Position numbers and translations under genes: made by a program. The notes beneath the pieces were generated by a model. It searched no databases, was not told the origin of the DNA, and was given only the letters and a program-made list of their open reading frames with translations. This document shows positions 1 through 12,795 of a stretch of 64,000 bases of DNA, piece after piece (the stretch's first letter is position 1; every line of letters starts with the position of its first letter). This DNA is from Amoebophrya sp. A120 (lineage: Eukaryota > Protista > Dinoflagellata), in contig CAJINV010000001.1 in assembly GCA_905178155.1 (NCBI GenBank), positions 13,363,713 through 13,427,712 on the forward strand, given 5' to 3'.

Positions 1-33
1 AAACACTAATTTCAACAAACAATTAGAATACGC

Positions 34-1209
34 CTTGTTCTTCGTGCTCGCGAGGAATTTACTGCGGTCATTTTTCGTATGTGCGCTACTCGCGCTGGCC
101 CCGGGGACGGCGTTGCTCGCTATTGCGTTCTGCAGGTCCTTCACTTTCTCATCCTTCTGCTGTATTTCTACGGTGAGTTTCGTATTCTCTTTTTTTGCGT
201 TCACCAGCTCCTTCAGCAAAGCGTGCCGGTCGTCCTGCGTGTTTTGGAGATCGAGAACTTTTTTTCATCTGTGTTCTGTCCTCTGAACAAAACTTGCAAT
301 GCTTGCAAGTTGCGAAAAGAACACTCAAAAGTTAGTACGCAAACGCTTTCAAAAATACCTCGCGGGTCTTTATTATGTCCTGCAGTTTCTGGTTTTCCGC
401 GATGAATTGCTGGTTTTTTTTGTCAAAGACGGCTGCTAGCTCCTGTGACGACTGCAGTTCTTGCAGCACCCGCTGATGCCTAGCCTGCAGCTCGGCGGAA
501 TAGTTGCCCTGAGGTACGATTTTGATGAAGTATGTCGATTCATGTGAAGAGTCTTTTTCGTTTTTTTATTGACGTGGAAAAACTTGATCAAAAACACACA
601 AGATTCATTAGAAATTTCCTACCTTCGCTGCTTTCTGATTTTCCAGCTCCTTGGAAAGATCCTGTAACCTGGCTCGAAAACTTCTCATGAGGTCCTTTTC
701 CTGTTCCTGTAACACTTTAGCAGTGTTGTTTTGTATCCCGTCGAGCCCTTGTATGACGCTATCCTGCATGTTGCGGATTACATTCATGCGCTGGTAATGC
801 TCCTCATCGGTGCGATCCTGTAGCTGCCTCTCCAGCGCTTCTATTGTCTTCTTCGCCTGAGTCTCTCGCTTTACGAAGGAACCAACCCGGTACCTGATAT
901 CGAAAATGAAAAGCGCCGTTGCTCGGGAGAAAAGAATTTAAGTACATCTTCTCTACGTGCCTCGCCTTGCAGAACGCGATGGTGAGTTTCGTCTATCAGC
1001 ACACAAAAAACTGTACTTGAACTGTGCTTCGAGCTGCCGATTTTTGTTGATCTCGTCATCGAGCTGCGCCTGGAGATCTCGTATGACATTGTCCTTGTCG
1101 CCGGCCGGAACCCGGCTTACGTCTATTTCGCGCTGCAGTGGTGGCTGGGCGAGCCGATCCGCTAGGCCGGGTGTCGTGTGGAGTAACTGGAGGTTTAGTG
1201 AAGGTGCGG
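34..1209 (-). CDS. Multi-exon coiled-coil protein (partial; continues beyond the window start, 5' exon(s) unresolved)
   Basis: Four exons join in frame through GT-AG introns: ...EAQFK|YRVGSFVKRE...ENQKAAK|GNYSAELQARH...KLQDIIKTRE|DDRHALLKELV... The sequence is heptad-rich throughout. Confidence 0.7.
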
Positions 1210-2563
1210 CTTCAACAAGAAGAATTTTGCTTTTCGAGAGGAGAGGAAAAAAATAAAAAAACATGATTCAATGCAATGAAGAAAGAGCGATACCCGCCCA
1301 GCGGTATTCTGCGAGTTGATTATGTCCGTCATGTTGAGCGAATGCTTGCACCAATCGCCCTATCCAGTGGTATCACTTCACCTAGTTCTCCAAAGCGCCT
1401 GACCTGCGCAGAAAGCTGTTCTTGGCCTAGCTTTGCTGGTCGAATGCCTCCGGGAAACTCGCTACGTCAGCCCGACGCCGGCGAGCAGCTTCTCCGTCCT
1501 GCCACTGTTTGTCAAATTTATCTTCGCACCCTTATTGCACCGAGTCAACTCTGGGTCTCCTCTACGAATTGCCAAAAAGTTTTCCAGACCCCTTATTTTC
1601 AGAAGCAAAAATTGGTCGCGGCTTCTGTTTGACGCGACACGTGAAGCAGTAGCTGGGAGCGCCTTCTGTTCATTGTATCTCCTTCGAATCTCCCCTCGAA
1701 AGTGCACTTTCGGATCGTTCGGTGGTGTCTCGTCCGCTAAGGTTGGCGAAGGAACTGAAGACAGTTTCCGGAAAGCAGCTAATTAAAACTGAATTCTACT
1801 CAGTTGGTTCTAGGTACGGTCGTTGGGGTAGCGTGTCGAGTGGATGCAGGAGGAGACACGCCTGGGACGAGAAGCCGCCACGTCGGTCTGACCTCTCGGC
1901 GATGCGTCTTCAGATGTTAATTACTTCGTACAAAGAGAACTGAAATTGAGAACTTCAACAATTATGAGGAAAAGCTACAACTTCTACCCGCTAGCTGCCG
2001 TTGGGCTCACGACTTGTTTGATGCCACAGGGTACGTTAATGCTCGGCGATACATTTGTTCAATACTCGAGTGCACCGCAAAAACCAGCGAAAAGACCTCT
2101 CCTCACAAATCAATGAGCCTTAGTGTGTTCGACAAGACAGCTCCTTCACCCGACCATACCTGTTGCTCTGGAAAGTTACTCACAAAACGACGACGACGAC
2201 GACGGCTTCATCGATATTCTTTATTGGCGATTAGACGATTGTTCTGTAGCTGTTCTCCTTTCTGCCAAACCAGGGCGGCCACTAACAGCTCAAGTGGAAG
2301 CGACATCGTCAAACGACAAAGTCGCATCAAACTGCGCCAGCTCACTAGACAGATCACAGCACCGAGGGGCACTGGTGGGCTTTTGTTTCATGATACTCGT
2401 ACATAGATTTAATCGATGTTGAAGTTCACCAGGTTCGGGTAATTCCTTCAGAGCATTCATTGTACACGAGCGAAACAGAGGGTACACAACAAGGAAGTAG
2501 CGCTAGCGGTCAAAACCAACGTTATTGACCATTAGAAACATCTTGCTGTTGTTATACATTTAT

Positions 2564-4326
2564 TTAAGAATTTTCCAAATCGCTCGGTCGATCATCCGGG
2601 TCCGCAGCTTGTCCCCGGCCGACGAACGGTTGCCCTGGAGCCCAATCACGCCGCGCCTCCGCTTTGTCGACGTCGTCAAACAGCATGCACAGCAGTCCCT
2701 CCCCCTTCCGCTCCGCCCAGTCGCGCGCCGTCATGTCGTAGGAGGATTGGGAAATCAGGCTGTGTTCGCGCAGGTTCCGGTTTGCGCCGTGCTCAATCAA
2801 CCACAAAACCGCCTGCCTGTTCCCATTCATCGCGGCCCACATCAGCGCTGTGCGCCCGTGGTCGGTTTGCGCGTCCAAATCACAGTTAAATTCGAACAAC
2901 ACATCCATTACGGGAGACCGGGTGTCCCGTGTTGTACCGAGAGGAACCGGCCGTACGTCTTCGCCGGAATTCATGGCGGCGTAGTGCAACGCCACGTACC
3001 CGGAGTTGTTCTTCGCATCTACTTTCGCTCCCTTCTCCAGCAACAGACGGATGAAATCGGTGGACATGCCGTTCCGCACAGCGAGATGGAGCGGGCGCAG
3101 ACCTGTTGTGTTAGAAAGACGCGGTTTCTTTTTGTTGTCCAATCATCGATCAAAATTCATTTTTTAGTACAGCCGGATAAAACCCTACAACTTCTCACGC
3201 GCAGATGTTGTTTTTTCAACATTTTTGATACACAGAGGCTGTTTTTACCTTCCACCGGCTCCGCAAAATCCAGATCCTCCTCGGAGCACAGCTCCACATA
3301 CGGCACAGCCAGCTCCTCATTCGGGCTGGAGAGCAACACTCGCATCAGTTGCCAGCCCTTGTCGCTCAAATCGGGCGTGATGTGCTTGGGACAGTCAAAT
3401 GCCGCCAGCGTGCAGTCTTTCGAGCAGAACACCACGTCGCCCTTGAAACAGTCACGGTAGAGTTTCCAGAAGTTCATGGGCCGCTGCTTTAAATGCATGG
3501 CGCTTACCTCGTTGAGAAACAGCGACGCGGGTTTCAGCCGGTCGAGGTGCAGATTTGGGTCGCTCTTCTTGATGCAGTAGGGCGTGTCCGGGTTGGGGTG
3601 AAAGTGCTCCACGTCTAGAACTCGCCCCGTCTCGCCGACAACGATGTGCTTGACCTGGGGTCGGTTCTGCTGCGGGCCAAAACGACGTGGGTTGGGCCAG
3701 TAGATACATTTGTTGCAATTCACGTACGCGCATTCGGTTTTCGCACTGGGCTCCGGTTTCACGATGCTGAAGAAGTTCCATGGGCCGGCTGGGGAATCCG
3801 GTGCTTCCTCCTCCTCCGCGGAAACTTTCTTCTTCGGCGACTGCGCCCCACTGGGCGTGGCCCCGTCGGCGCCACCGACTGTCGTGTCTTTTGTCTTTTC
3901 GTCTGGTCTTTTCTTGCGTTGCGCAGCGAGTGCGGTTTCGCGCTTGAGCTTGTTCGCGACCTTCTGGTCCTTGGGCGACAGGCCGCCGACATTCTTGGGC
4001 GAGGAAGAGGCTTTTGACGTTGAGGCAGCTAGAGTGGGGCGTTTTCCGAACACCTCAGAGGGCGAACCGGAGATTAATGAGAGATCTGGGGGAGGATCTA
4101 CGGAAGGAGGGGGTGCGTCGTTCTTTTCGCCTCCACCTCCTTGCAGCTGCGAGAGAGGGTCTACATTCGTGTCGTCGGAAAAGCAGAAAGGAGCTGCGGT
4201 TCCCGCATCAGTGCCGAGTGTCTTTTGCAGAGTATCGTTTCCGCTCGGCAGCGTGTTCGATAAGCTCGTAACATTCTTCTTAGTGAGCCGTGCAAGCGGT
4301 CGGCTACTTGTTCGGCGATTGTACAT
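2564..4326 (-). CDS. Ankyrin-repeat protein with low-complexity N-terminus (2 exons)
   Basis: ORFs 3157-4326 and 2564-3142 join through GT-AG intron 3103-3248 (VEG|LRPLHLAVRNG). Ankyrin motifs: PLHLAVRNG, GYVALHYAAMN, GRTALMWAAMNG. Confidence 0.85.
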
Positions 4327-4746
4327 TTTTGGATTCGTCTAGCCCAAGCTTCTGCGACAAAGCTTACTTCTCCTTTACATCACCGCTTGGTTTCAGTGGT
4401 ACAAGGGCGCGGACGTCATCGACTACTTGACAATCTAGACAAGTTGTGATACTATGCCTGTACTGACTCACTCACAACTCCGTGACCGGTCCTCTCAAAA
4501 TTCATCTCTCTAGCATCTTTGACTTTGTCTCGCTTTGAGCGCTCGCAAAATTCCGATACCGCTCGGCATGACAATCGAACAGTCTCATCAGAGCGTGGAG
4601 ACGACACTAAAACAATAACAAATGATTCGCATGAACATCACAGTGGCACAAAAAGCAGAATGGTGAGTGTGACAAGGCTGCGCAAGGAATAAAAGTTTCA
4701 CTATAGTGTCATTCTTTGTTCAAGTCACGCTGCAATTACAACTTTC

Positions 4747-6438
4747 TCAAAATCCTTCCTCTTCTTCGTTAGTGTGATTCGACCCGCCGTGATCGTGCAA
4801 TCGTGTACGCCCTCTCCTGTGCTGCCCTGGCGCCGTGACGCTGCTTTCGGGGGAAAACCCGCGCGTCTTTTTCCACAGATTCATCGCTTGCTCCAGCCGA
4901 AAAATGAACTCCCAGATGTGTTTCGCGCCCCGGTTACAGCTGCTGTAGTTTTCCACCCGCGGTCGCGCGCGCTCCCCCTGGAATTTCTTCTTGGCGCGGA
5001 GCCACCGGGTCGGACAGAGTCCGTGGCCGTCGCGCGCCCAGACGCGGTACACGTCGAGAACGGCACCGAGCTCTTCGTACTCCAACCGATCCAGATCTAC
5101 ATCCAACACCTGCATGAACGCCAAGTGCAGCAAGGGCGAGCAGTTAATACCGCTTCGTCCAAACACCTCGATCAGACGCACAGTGTACTTCGCCTTCGGG
5201 GGCTTTCCCTGCACCGCGTCCGACTCCAGGTCGATTTCAATACCCCGCGCCTGCAGGTCGAGAAACTGCTCTTTCTTCTCTTTTAGCAATACTAATATCC
5301 GCGGGGCGCATTTTTCCAGTAACTGCAAAAACGATTTTGGGAATAAGTCTGGGTCGTCGGGCGCGTGCTGGCCGCCGAAGTGGAGACGGACCAAACCATG
5401 GAGAAGGTGGTACATGTGGGTAAACTTCAAGAGCTCGACGTCGACGTCCTTCACAAACCCAGTAACGTCGGAAACGTCGAGCTTCGCCCGTGAGACGAGG
5501 CTGACGTGCCACAAAACTTCCGTTTTCTGCGTCGTCTCGAAGTCGTCCTTCATACGGACGCAAAGCGGCCAGATAGCGAGCACTCCCGGTTTGCTCTTCA
5601 ACGTGGACAGTTTCAACAGTACCCGACGAAGCGTGTCCGCGGGCCAGCGGTTTTGCTTTGCGAGAAGTGCCAAAGCGTCAAGAAACTGCTTGAACTCGTC
5701 CGATGCGCGGTTGAAATCAATGTTCTTCGTCAAATAGTGAAGCACCGCCAGCGCTTCCACGGGTCTGAGTGGGGGAGGTTTGTTGTAGTTTTCTTGTTCG
5801 TCATCTGCTGTTCGTGCAACATCAAGGGCCGCGTTCTTCTGGCTTCTACTGCTTTCATCCCGTTTCTTGCCCTTCTCATAGCGATCCAAGAAAAGCCGTA
5901 GCGCGTCCCTAGGTTCGCGACATTTCTCTAATGCAGCGTGCAGTTCGCATCTCCCCACGCTCACGTGCAAAGGAGACTCGATCATCGGTTGCGGTGGGCG
6001 ATCCTGCAGAGCTACTTGCATGAGGTTCTTATCGGCCTTCTTCGGTGTCGGAGCTCCTGCGCGCGCCGGAGTTTGGTGTCTCTGATTTGAACCCGTTTTA
6101 CCAGTCATCGTCAGAGACAGAGTCGCCCGTGTCTCTGCGGAATAAGCTGGCGGAGCGCGACCACCGACACCCGTGGCAGATTTCGCAAGCTTCTTCAATG
6201 CGTCCGTTGACGCGAACACGCCAGCGCCGTCGAGTTTTCTCGCTTTTCCCACATTGAGCCACGGCTTCGTTTGTTGCTCTTTCTGTTGTAATTGCCGCTT
6301 TTGCCTGGAGTATCGCATGTCTGCGATGGCGGAGGCGAGCTCGCGACTGCTGCAGCTTGGAGACGATCCAGTCAGCGGGGCCGGAGCAATGCCGGCATGT
6401 CTTGGACCACTTGTACGCAATACCACTTGCAGTGCCAT
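4747..6438 (-). CDS. Hypothetical helical protein, 563 aa
   Basis: Long uninterrupted ATG ORF on the same strand as its neighbours; no recognised motif. Confidence 0.65.
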   Translation of the reverse strand: MALQVVLRTSGPRHAGIAPAPLTGSSPSCSSRELASAIADMRYSRQKRQLQQKEQQTKPWLNVGKARKLDGAGVFASTDALKKLAKSATGVGGRAPPAYSAETRATLSLTMTGKTGSNQRHQTPARAGAPTPKKADKNLMQVALQDRPPQPMIESPLHVSVGRCELHAALEKCREPRDALRLFLDRYEKGKKRDESSRSQKNAALDVARTADDEQENYNKPPPLRPVEALAVLHYLTKNIDFNRASDEFKQFLDALALLAKQNRWPADTLRRVLLKLSTLKSKPGVLAIWPLCVRMKDDFETTQKTEVLWHVSLVSRAKLDVSDVTGFVKDVDVELLKFTHMYHLLHGLVRLHFGGQHAPDDPDLFPKSFLQLLEKCAPRILVLLKEKKEQFLDLQARGIEIDLESDAVQGKPPKAKYTVRLIEVFGRSGINCSPLLHLAFMQVLDVDLDRLEYEELGAVLDVYRVWARDGHGLCPTRWLRAKKKFQGERARPRVENYSSCNRGAKHIWEFIFRLEQAMNLWKKTRGFSPESSVTAPGQHRRGRTRLHDHGGSNHTNEEEEGF

Positions 6439-6675
6439 TCTTCTACTCTTGGGCTTTCTTCAAGAAGGATTTGGTTCTTCTACCTCGCTAGGCCTAATGC
6501 TTGGAACCTCGAGGCGCCCTTCACAAGAGAACTTCTGTGGTAGTAGAGTACCTTCAGAGAAAACGGCTTTAGTACCAACTGCCACCAAGCAACGCATTAG
6601 TAGCTACACGACGCCTCCAAACCGCGCCAGATGAACACCATCGCAGCTTCTTTCCGCCATATAATTAGATCTTCC

Positions 6676-8031
6676 TCATCTTTTGTTGAGTCGCTGCCGC
6701 TGTGCGTTCGTCAGCTTTTCGCTCTTTCTATCATTGGTAAAGAGGGGCGACGATGGCGCTCCCACATCTCGTCTCGTACCTGGCAAAAGAACATTTTTCC
6801 AGCGTGCCACTAGCCCTCGATCGCGTGTACGGATGGAGTGCGCTCCACCATGTGAGAGAATGGTGGAACGAGAGGTGTCCGCCACAGGAGAACTCGAAAC
6901 CAAACCTCCATCGGAGATGCTGGGTGGAGCTGTGTCCGCGTCATTCGCAGTTCCTTCGAATTTGTTCAAGGTCTCAAAGGCTGCTACTGGTGGTCGCGCA
7001 TCACTTCTAGTACTCTTCAGCCCGTCCTGATTTGGAGGCAGCTCTCGTGGCTCGTCCGCAACAGCACCAGCCGCAAATTCGTGTGCTCGTTCACTATTCC
7101 GACGGAGCAGGCGAAACTTCCAGAGCAGGAATTTCTGCCGCACGTCTTCCCAAGTCGAAACCGCGGATTTCCGCAAGCCCCGAAGGTCAAGGAGTGGTAG
7201 CAATTCTAGCAGCATGTTGCTGGACTGGGAAAACAACAGCATGAGACACATGTGTTCCTGCGCCATGAGCCGCTTTGCGCCCACCTGCAGGGGCACGAAG
7301 GAGATCCGCAGTATTGCGTGCGCCGGCGTTACATACTTGACGAGGTTCGCAACAAACAGCCAGGAGTAGACAAAAGAAGCCGCCTCTGCCCAGTCCTTGA
7401 GTTTGGACACCAACATGCGTCGCTGAAACTCCCGCTCTTCTTCATCCTCAATCTCGGGAAGAGCAACCGTTTCCTCTGTCGATTCGTTCGCAAATTCCAC
7501 ATGCTCCTCATCATCGCCTTCCGGGGCCTTTTCTGCTCGTGGTCCGCCAGTCAGCATTCTCTTAAGAGATCGATAGCGCATCAAAACCTCACTCCAAACC
7601 GCCTTGCGCTGCAGCGAATAGAAAACTTTCGTCCCGATGTCAAGCAGAGTTTCCACAGGAAGCAGCGTCAGCAGCAAAAACGCAACGCGTTGCGGTTTCG
7701 TCAGGTCTAATGAATTGGGTGCGTCGACGCCTTTCATCCGTAGCGAAGGGCCTTCGTCTGTTTCGCTCGGCGGTAAGGAAAGCAATTTTCTCACGAATCG
7801 CTCCCTTGCCGCCAGCGCGCGTCCGTCCGCGTGCACCAGATTTTGCAACCGCATGCCGGGTGTGGGCTTCCCACGCCACACAGTGAGATACCAGATGATA
7901 AAGCGCACAAGCGTCAGACCCCAGGTTTCATCGATCGGAGCCCGTAGCAAGTCTTGGCAGCTCCGGAATATGATGCGGGCGATGTTGGCCTCCATCTGGA
8001 GACTGTCCAGCTGCGAGGCACGAAGCACCAT
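6676..8031 (-). CDS. PEX2: Pex2-like peroxin (Pex2/Pex12 N-terminal domain), no C-terminal RING visible
   Basis: RASQLDSLQME, FIIWYLTVW..PTPGMRLQNL and KRLMAQEHM..LLFSQ...LLELLPLL match Pex2 blocks (RVxQLDA, TPGxxLQNL, RxVxFEYMNRQLxW..LLPL). ATG at 8031. Confidence 0.65.
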   Translation of the reverse strand: MVLRASQLDSLQMEANIARIIFRSCQDLLRAPIDETWGLTLVRFIIWYLTVWRGKPTPGMRLQNLVHADGRALAARERFVRKLLSLPPSETDEGPSLRMKGVDAPNSLDLTKPQRVAFLLLTLLPVETLLDIGTKVFYSLQRKAVWSEVLMRYRSLKRMLTGGPRAEKAPEGDDEEHVEFANESTEETVALPEIEDEEEREFQRRMLVSKLKDWAEAASFVYSWLFVANLVKYVTPAHAILRISFVPLQVGAKRLMAQEHMCLMLLFSQSSNMLLELLPLLDLRGLRKSAVSTWEDVRQKFLLWKFRLLRRNSERAHEFAAGAVADEPRELPPNQDGLKSTRSDARPPVAAFETLNKFEGTANDADTAPPSISDGGLVSSSPVADTSRSTILSHGGAHSIRTRDRGLVARWKNVLLPGTRRDVGAPSSPLFTNDRKSEKLTNAQRQRLNKR

Positions 8032-9271
8032 GGTTTTCAAAAAAATATTGACGTACAAATAAGTATCTTCGTTGGGGTGCTGTCCGGGTCCGAAACGATC
8101 TGCATACTAAGTGGATTTGTAGTCTTTTCGACACACTAAAACCAAGATGGAAGACACGGCGTCGACACCTGATCCAAAAAAGGATCCGAAGGACAAAAAT
8201 CGCGAATCGCAAACAACTTACTAAAGTTAGTACTTACTGCTTGAGCACATGAGATCCAATGCTGCGCCGCCGGTGCTGCGTCGATCTTCCGGGAGTAAGG
8301 TCAGAAAGCCCGAACCTGTTGTACAAAGCTGGAACAGAGGGACAGGGCGGGCGCTTAATGGCCTGCTCTAATGCCAACGAATCGGGTCTAGATGTGTTTT
8401 CTCTTTTTGCAGTTTTGTTTCGCCGCTGTCTCATGCGTCAGTTCCTTGTGCAAAAGGTCCAAATCTTTTCAGAGTCGCGATAAGGGATCTAACGCGGAGG
8501 TTTGAACTACAAAGCAAAAGACACAGCTCGCCGTCAGGGGAAAGAAAAAAAAGTCCGCTCAGTAAAAATACGGAGTAAAAACAGGTGCCTATTGTGACTA
8601 GAGGTACTTACATCGTGGGGTGCAGTTTCTACAGCTACAAGGGAGCCCGATTTCACTACAAGTTTTACTTGGGGTCGTTTTTACAAAGACGAAAAGATTC
8701 AGCTGAAGAAGATGGCTTTATCCTGAGCGCGTCTTCTGGTTTTGTTTTTGTTCGGGAAGGGTCAATAATAAATTCGAGTTCTGGAGGCCTTGGAAGGCAG
8801 TAAAAGTGTGGTATCATGTGACAGTTCTGCAAGAACTAGTTTGTCATCGTTGCAATCCACAAAGCGAAATCGTATTCATAGGTGTGTGTATAGACAAGCG
8901 CACGACGCTTGTCTTGGGAATGCACAGGATAAAGTTCGAAAAGATTTGCTGCCAGGTCGTCGCAAAGACAACCCAAATCTAGTACGCAGAGCGCATCTGA
9001 AGTGCAGCTGCAGCGTAGTACTGTAGGTGTACGAAAGACGAGATGATGAAGCTTGAGAATCAACACGATTCACTGCGTCTCCTGGCATGCAGGGCAGTAA
9101 GGACATGGAATCCGTGCTGTTGTCTAGTGTCACAAAAGTTCAAATCATGTACAGGTGCATATCTTTTACCGAGTTTCGGTATGTGAATCTTCTTCCACCG
9201 GAAGTTAGTGCGTTAGCGTTGGCGCGTCACCCCATGATTAGCACTGCATTTTGTTTCTTACTCCTGGTTCG

Positions 9272-12200
9272 CTACTTTTTCGGCTTCTTCGACTTTGGCG
9301 GTGCCACCGCGATTGCCTCGTCAATAGGCGCAGACCCGGGCGCGACCTTGGTGACGCGTGCTCTTCCTGCAGCATTGAATCCGGGATTGTTGTTTCGCTG
9401 CTTCGCTGCTACATCAGCAGACAATGCCATGCCGTTCGCTCCAAACGGATTCATGGTGTCCTGAGATGGTGGCGGGAATATGAACCCCGCAGTGCGCGTC
9501 GACGTCGCCGCGGGCGGGTACTGTGAAACGGACGCTCCGCCAGTAGCCGTTGTGCAGCTAGATATGGATTGGCTCGCATCGTCCTGGGCGGGAAAGAAGC
9601 TGCAGGAATTCGTAAATGCAACTTCTGCTCTGGTGTTCGTGGCAAGTCTTTTTCCACTCATCAAACACCCCTGCTCGGGCTCGTGCAGCTCCAAACGGCC
9701 GCGCTTCAAGTTGTTTCCCGCGGACGATGCTGCGTTGATATTGTAATTCGGATGGCAATTGCTCACCGTTGTCGTGCGCGAAAAATCGTCGTCCTGAAAA
9801 GCCAGCCGCTGCTGCAACATGGCGGTCGTGCCGGGCTGACTGTCAACATTCTTCGCGGCCGCAGCGGTTCGTGCGGAATGGATGAAGCTAGAGGATGCGC
9901 TCGAAGTAGGAGGAGCATTCGCAGCTCTACTTGGCCACCGCGTCGCGGTACTCGGATTCGGATTCCGGGTGCAGGCGGGGGACTTGAGGTTGTTGATGTT
10001 CGCACTCGCGTTCGCAAAAGAACCACCTGTGTTACTTTGCTGGTCTCCAAAGAGCCGTGGGTACTGCTTTTGCTTGGATGTCAACGCGTTGCCGGGATTA
10101 AGCAGCATGTTCTCTTCTGGATTGATCATTTGAGAAGTTGAAGTTGTGCTCGCAACTACAGTATTCGACGGAAAAGAGCAACTCGCTGGATTCGGTGCGA
10201 CGGTTTTGTGCAGGAGCTTCTTGGCCTGCTGTGTGCTCGAACCTCTCGGAGTGGTCGTCGCGCAAGAGCTCGCAGATGCAGCACCGTTCCGGGCAGCCTC
10301 CAAAATCTTGACTGTCGCGTGCACTTGCTTCGCTGCAACTGATTTTTCTAGCGGGTTCCTGATGCCGCTCGGAAGTGGTACGGGCCGGTCCGCGACCAGA
10401 TCCAGCATCCATTCCCTGTTGTGATTTGATTTGACAAATTTTTTGGTATCAGCACATTCTCGTCCACAAGTGCAAAAAGCTGAAAGCAGCAGTCCATCAA
10501 CATTATACCGAATCTTCAATAATCTTGCGGTGTCATGATCCAATTCACGGAGCGCCAGGTCGTAGGCTTCAAAGGCTTTCGTGTTCACGTCAACTGGGTA
10601 CTCTTCCTCAACCTCGGACTGCGAGACCTGGGACGGACACTGGCTATCTTCCTCGCCAAACCTGGAAAAAAAGAAATGCGGGATGATGTCACCAACAACG
10701 ACTGTTGAAACAAGTGAAACAAAACGAATTTTGGTTGACGGGTATGTGATTTGAAACTGCTCCTGGTGGAGATGATGCGACCTTTAAAGAATTCTCCTGC
10801 TCTTACCATTCGTGCTGCAGCAGCTGCTCCGCCGTCCATCGCTTCTTCGGATCGTATGCCAGGGAGTGCAGCACGATTTCGGAGATAGCCTCGACGTGAT
10901 TTCCCGCGCGCGCTCGCAAGGCCCGCCACCGGTTTTCGCACCATTTTTGATTCTTCTTACTCTTCTCGATTACTTCGGGTTCGGCCTTGCAACCCTTCCC
11001 GGCGAGCCCGTAAAGCCGTGCACGATGGTCTAGCGTACCCGCAATGGACATGGGAATCAAACTGTGCTCGTGCGAGAGCCCCACGAGTTCAAACCTAAAA
11101 ATAATTGGCAGTTCCGACGACGTGCTTTGAAACTGCAGATTTTCTGCGGCGTGCATATGATATTTGTTCGACTAAAGCACTTCATTAAGTACACTCTTGT
11201 CCTCTCCTTAATGTAGTTTTAATCAGCTACAACATGATCTTGAAGCTTCCATGATTTTCATCAGCAACATCAAGCATATTCAGTACAGCACGCATCCCAA
11301 GCCGAAGACGTCGACTTTCGCGTCGTAATCCTCGACGGCCGCAAGCATTTCCGGCGCCAGGTAGCACCGGGTACCGACCCCGCGCTTCGTGGTCATCTTG
11401 TTTACCATGCTCCGGGCCATGCCCATGTCGGCTAATACTGCTTCCCGCTTGTTCCGGTCGAAAAAAATATTTTCCCGCTTCACATCGCGATGCAGCACCT
11501 CGTGTTGGTGCATCCAATCCAAGGCGCGGAGAATTCCCGCACATATCCGGCGCACCATCGAGATTTCGTTCACTGCAAACCTGCGATCGAAGGGACAGCG
11601 AGAGATAATTGTCATGTTTGCCACTACATTGCAAATTGGGTGGACGCAGAACCTTGTATGAAGGAGAAATTCTGCGCACTAGAAGCCTCATAGATTCTAT
11701 GCGAAGAAAAAGAGAGAAAGGCCGATGCAAAATACTCGTCGAGACTGCCAGGCCGGTAGCAGGGCATTACGAGGTAGACGTAGTCGAACTTGCTCGCATC
11801 CGTCCCGAGTCTATGAAATGGAAAAACAGCTGCTTTGCGCAATGACAAGTCCGTATTACTCGTCAGTTTTGCCGTGGAATCATAATATTCCGAACTCATA
11901 TGCTGTGCAGACAGCAGTAGCGGGATATCTATGTATCTTTGTGAGCTGGAAGCGCATTAAACGAGCAGCACATGCATTTTTTTCTTTCGCTGGAACTGTA
12001 ACTGAGACGAACTTGTCAGGCACAACAAGAGTGCTTTCTTCGATCCGTACTCTGTGTAGAGATGCAGAAGCGGGGAGATGTTCGGGTGTCGCAAGTACTT
12101 GAGGAAGTGAACCTTTGTTTGTTCCAGTTCCATGTATGATGACTATCTGTAAGATGACAATCATTTTTGATCACGTCAATTACTCAGTAAAATTACGGTG

Positions 12201-12795
12201 CGTTCCCATACCATACGCAGCAGAATGAACTAAAGTACCTCGCGGAGCAGCCTCAATGTGTCTTCCCAGTCGTCCGCGCTCTTCGTTATTTTTATGCGCT
12301 TGACCGCGACGCAATCGTAGGTAGCAAGCGATGGGTTTTTCCCTCCCGGAAGGACCTGGGCCCGCGCCACCGTTCCAAAGCCGCCCTCTGCAAGAAACTC
12401 GGGTTTACTCAACATGCCCTGCGGCAGCTCGAAAACCCCGTGTTTCTGCAGGTCGTACTTTTGCATTGGCTGTGGGTTCAGCGTCTTTGGGCACAACACC
12501 CCCGTCTGAACGGCCCGTTTCACAACTTTGCGCAATGCTCCTTCGTCCAAAACATCGGAGAGCTGAGAGGAGGCTGTTTTGTTGATACAGTTTGCCGTTG
12601 GAGAAAGCAAAAACAGTTTCATCGTCTTCAGCAGCTGAAAAACAGTTCCGCAAGGCACGATCCTGGTAGTAAGACCAGGCAAATTCGAAAGAGGCAGCTG
12701 TATCATAGCTAAAGGATTTACTTGTTACCTGGTGGCATCGGCTGGGTGCTTTGCGTGTTAGCAGGCACCCCCTGGAGTCGTGCTCCGGCGACCAT
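9272..12795 (-). CDS. Ser/Thr protein kinase, CMGC/MAPK-like, multi-exon, long low-complexity C-tail
   Basis: Exons join via GT-AG: EGGFGTV, VAVKRI, RLLRE|VHFLKYLRHPNI (intron 12113-12238), VYLVMP, HRDVKRENI, DMGMAR, GTRCYLAPE, DVFGLGCVL|FEL, YDPKKRWTAEQLLQHEW|F, then in frame into ORF 9272-10588. Start exon (ATG 12795) is tentative. Confidence 0.85.

Noticed and set aside
235-379. Apparent GA-AG intron bounded by a GCAGGAC direct repeat
   Set aside because: Extending the exon by DIIKTRE reaches a canonical GAG|GTATTT donor that is in frame and gives a better coiled-coil sequence.
1511-1618. Weak inverted repeat (about 10/13) and an 11-nt match to the introner TIR
   Set aside because: Too short and degenerate, and its removal does not yield a sustained open frame.
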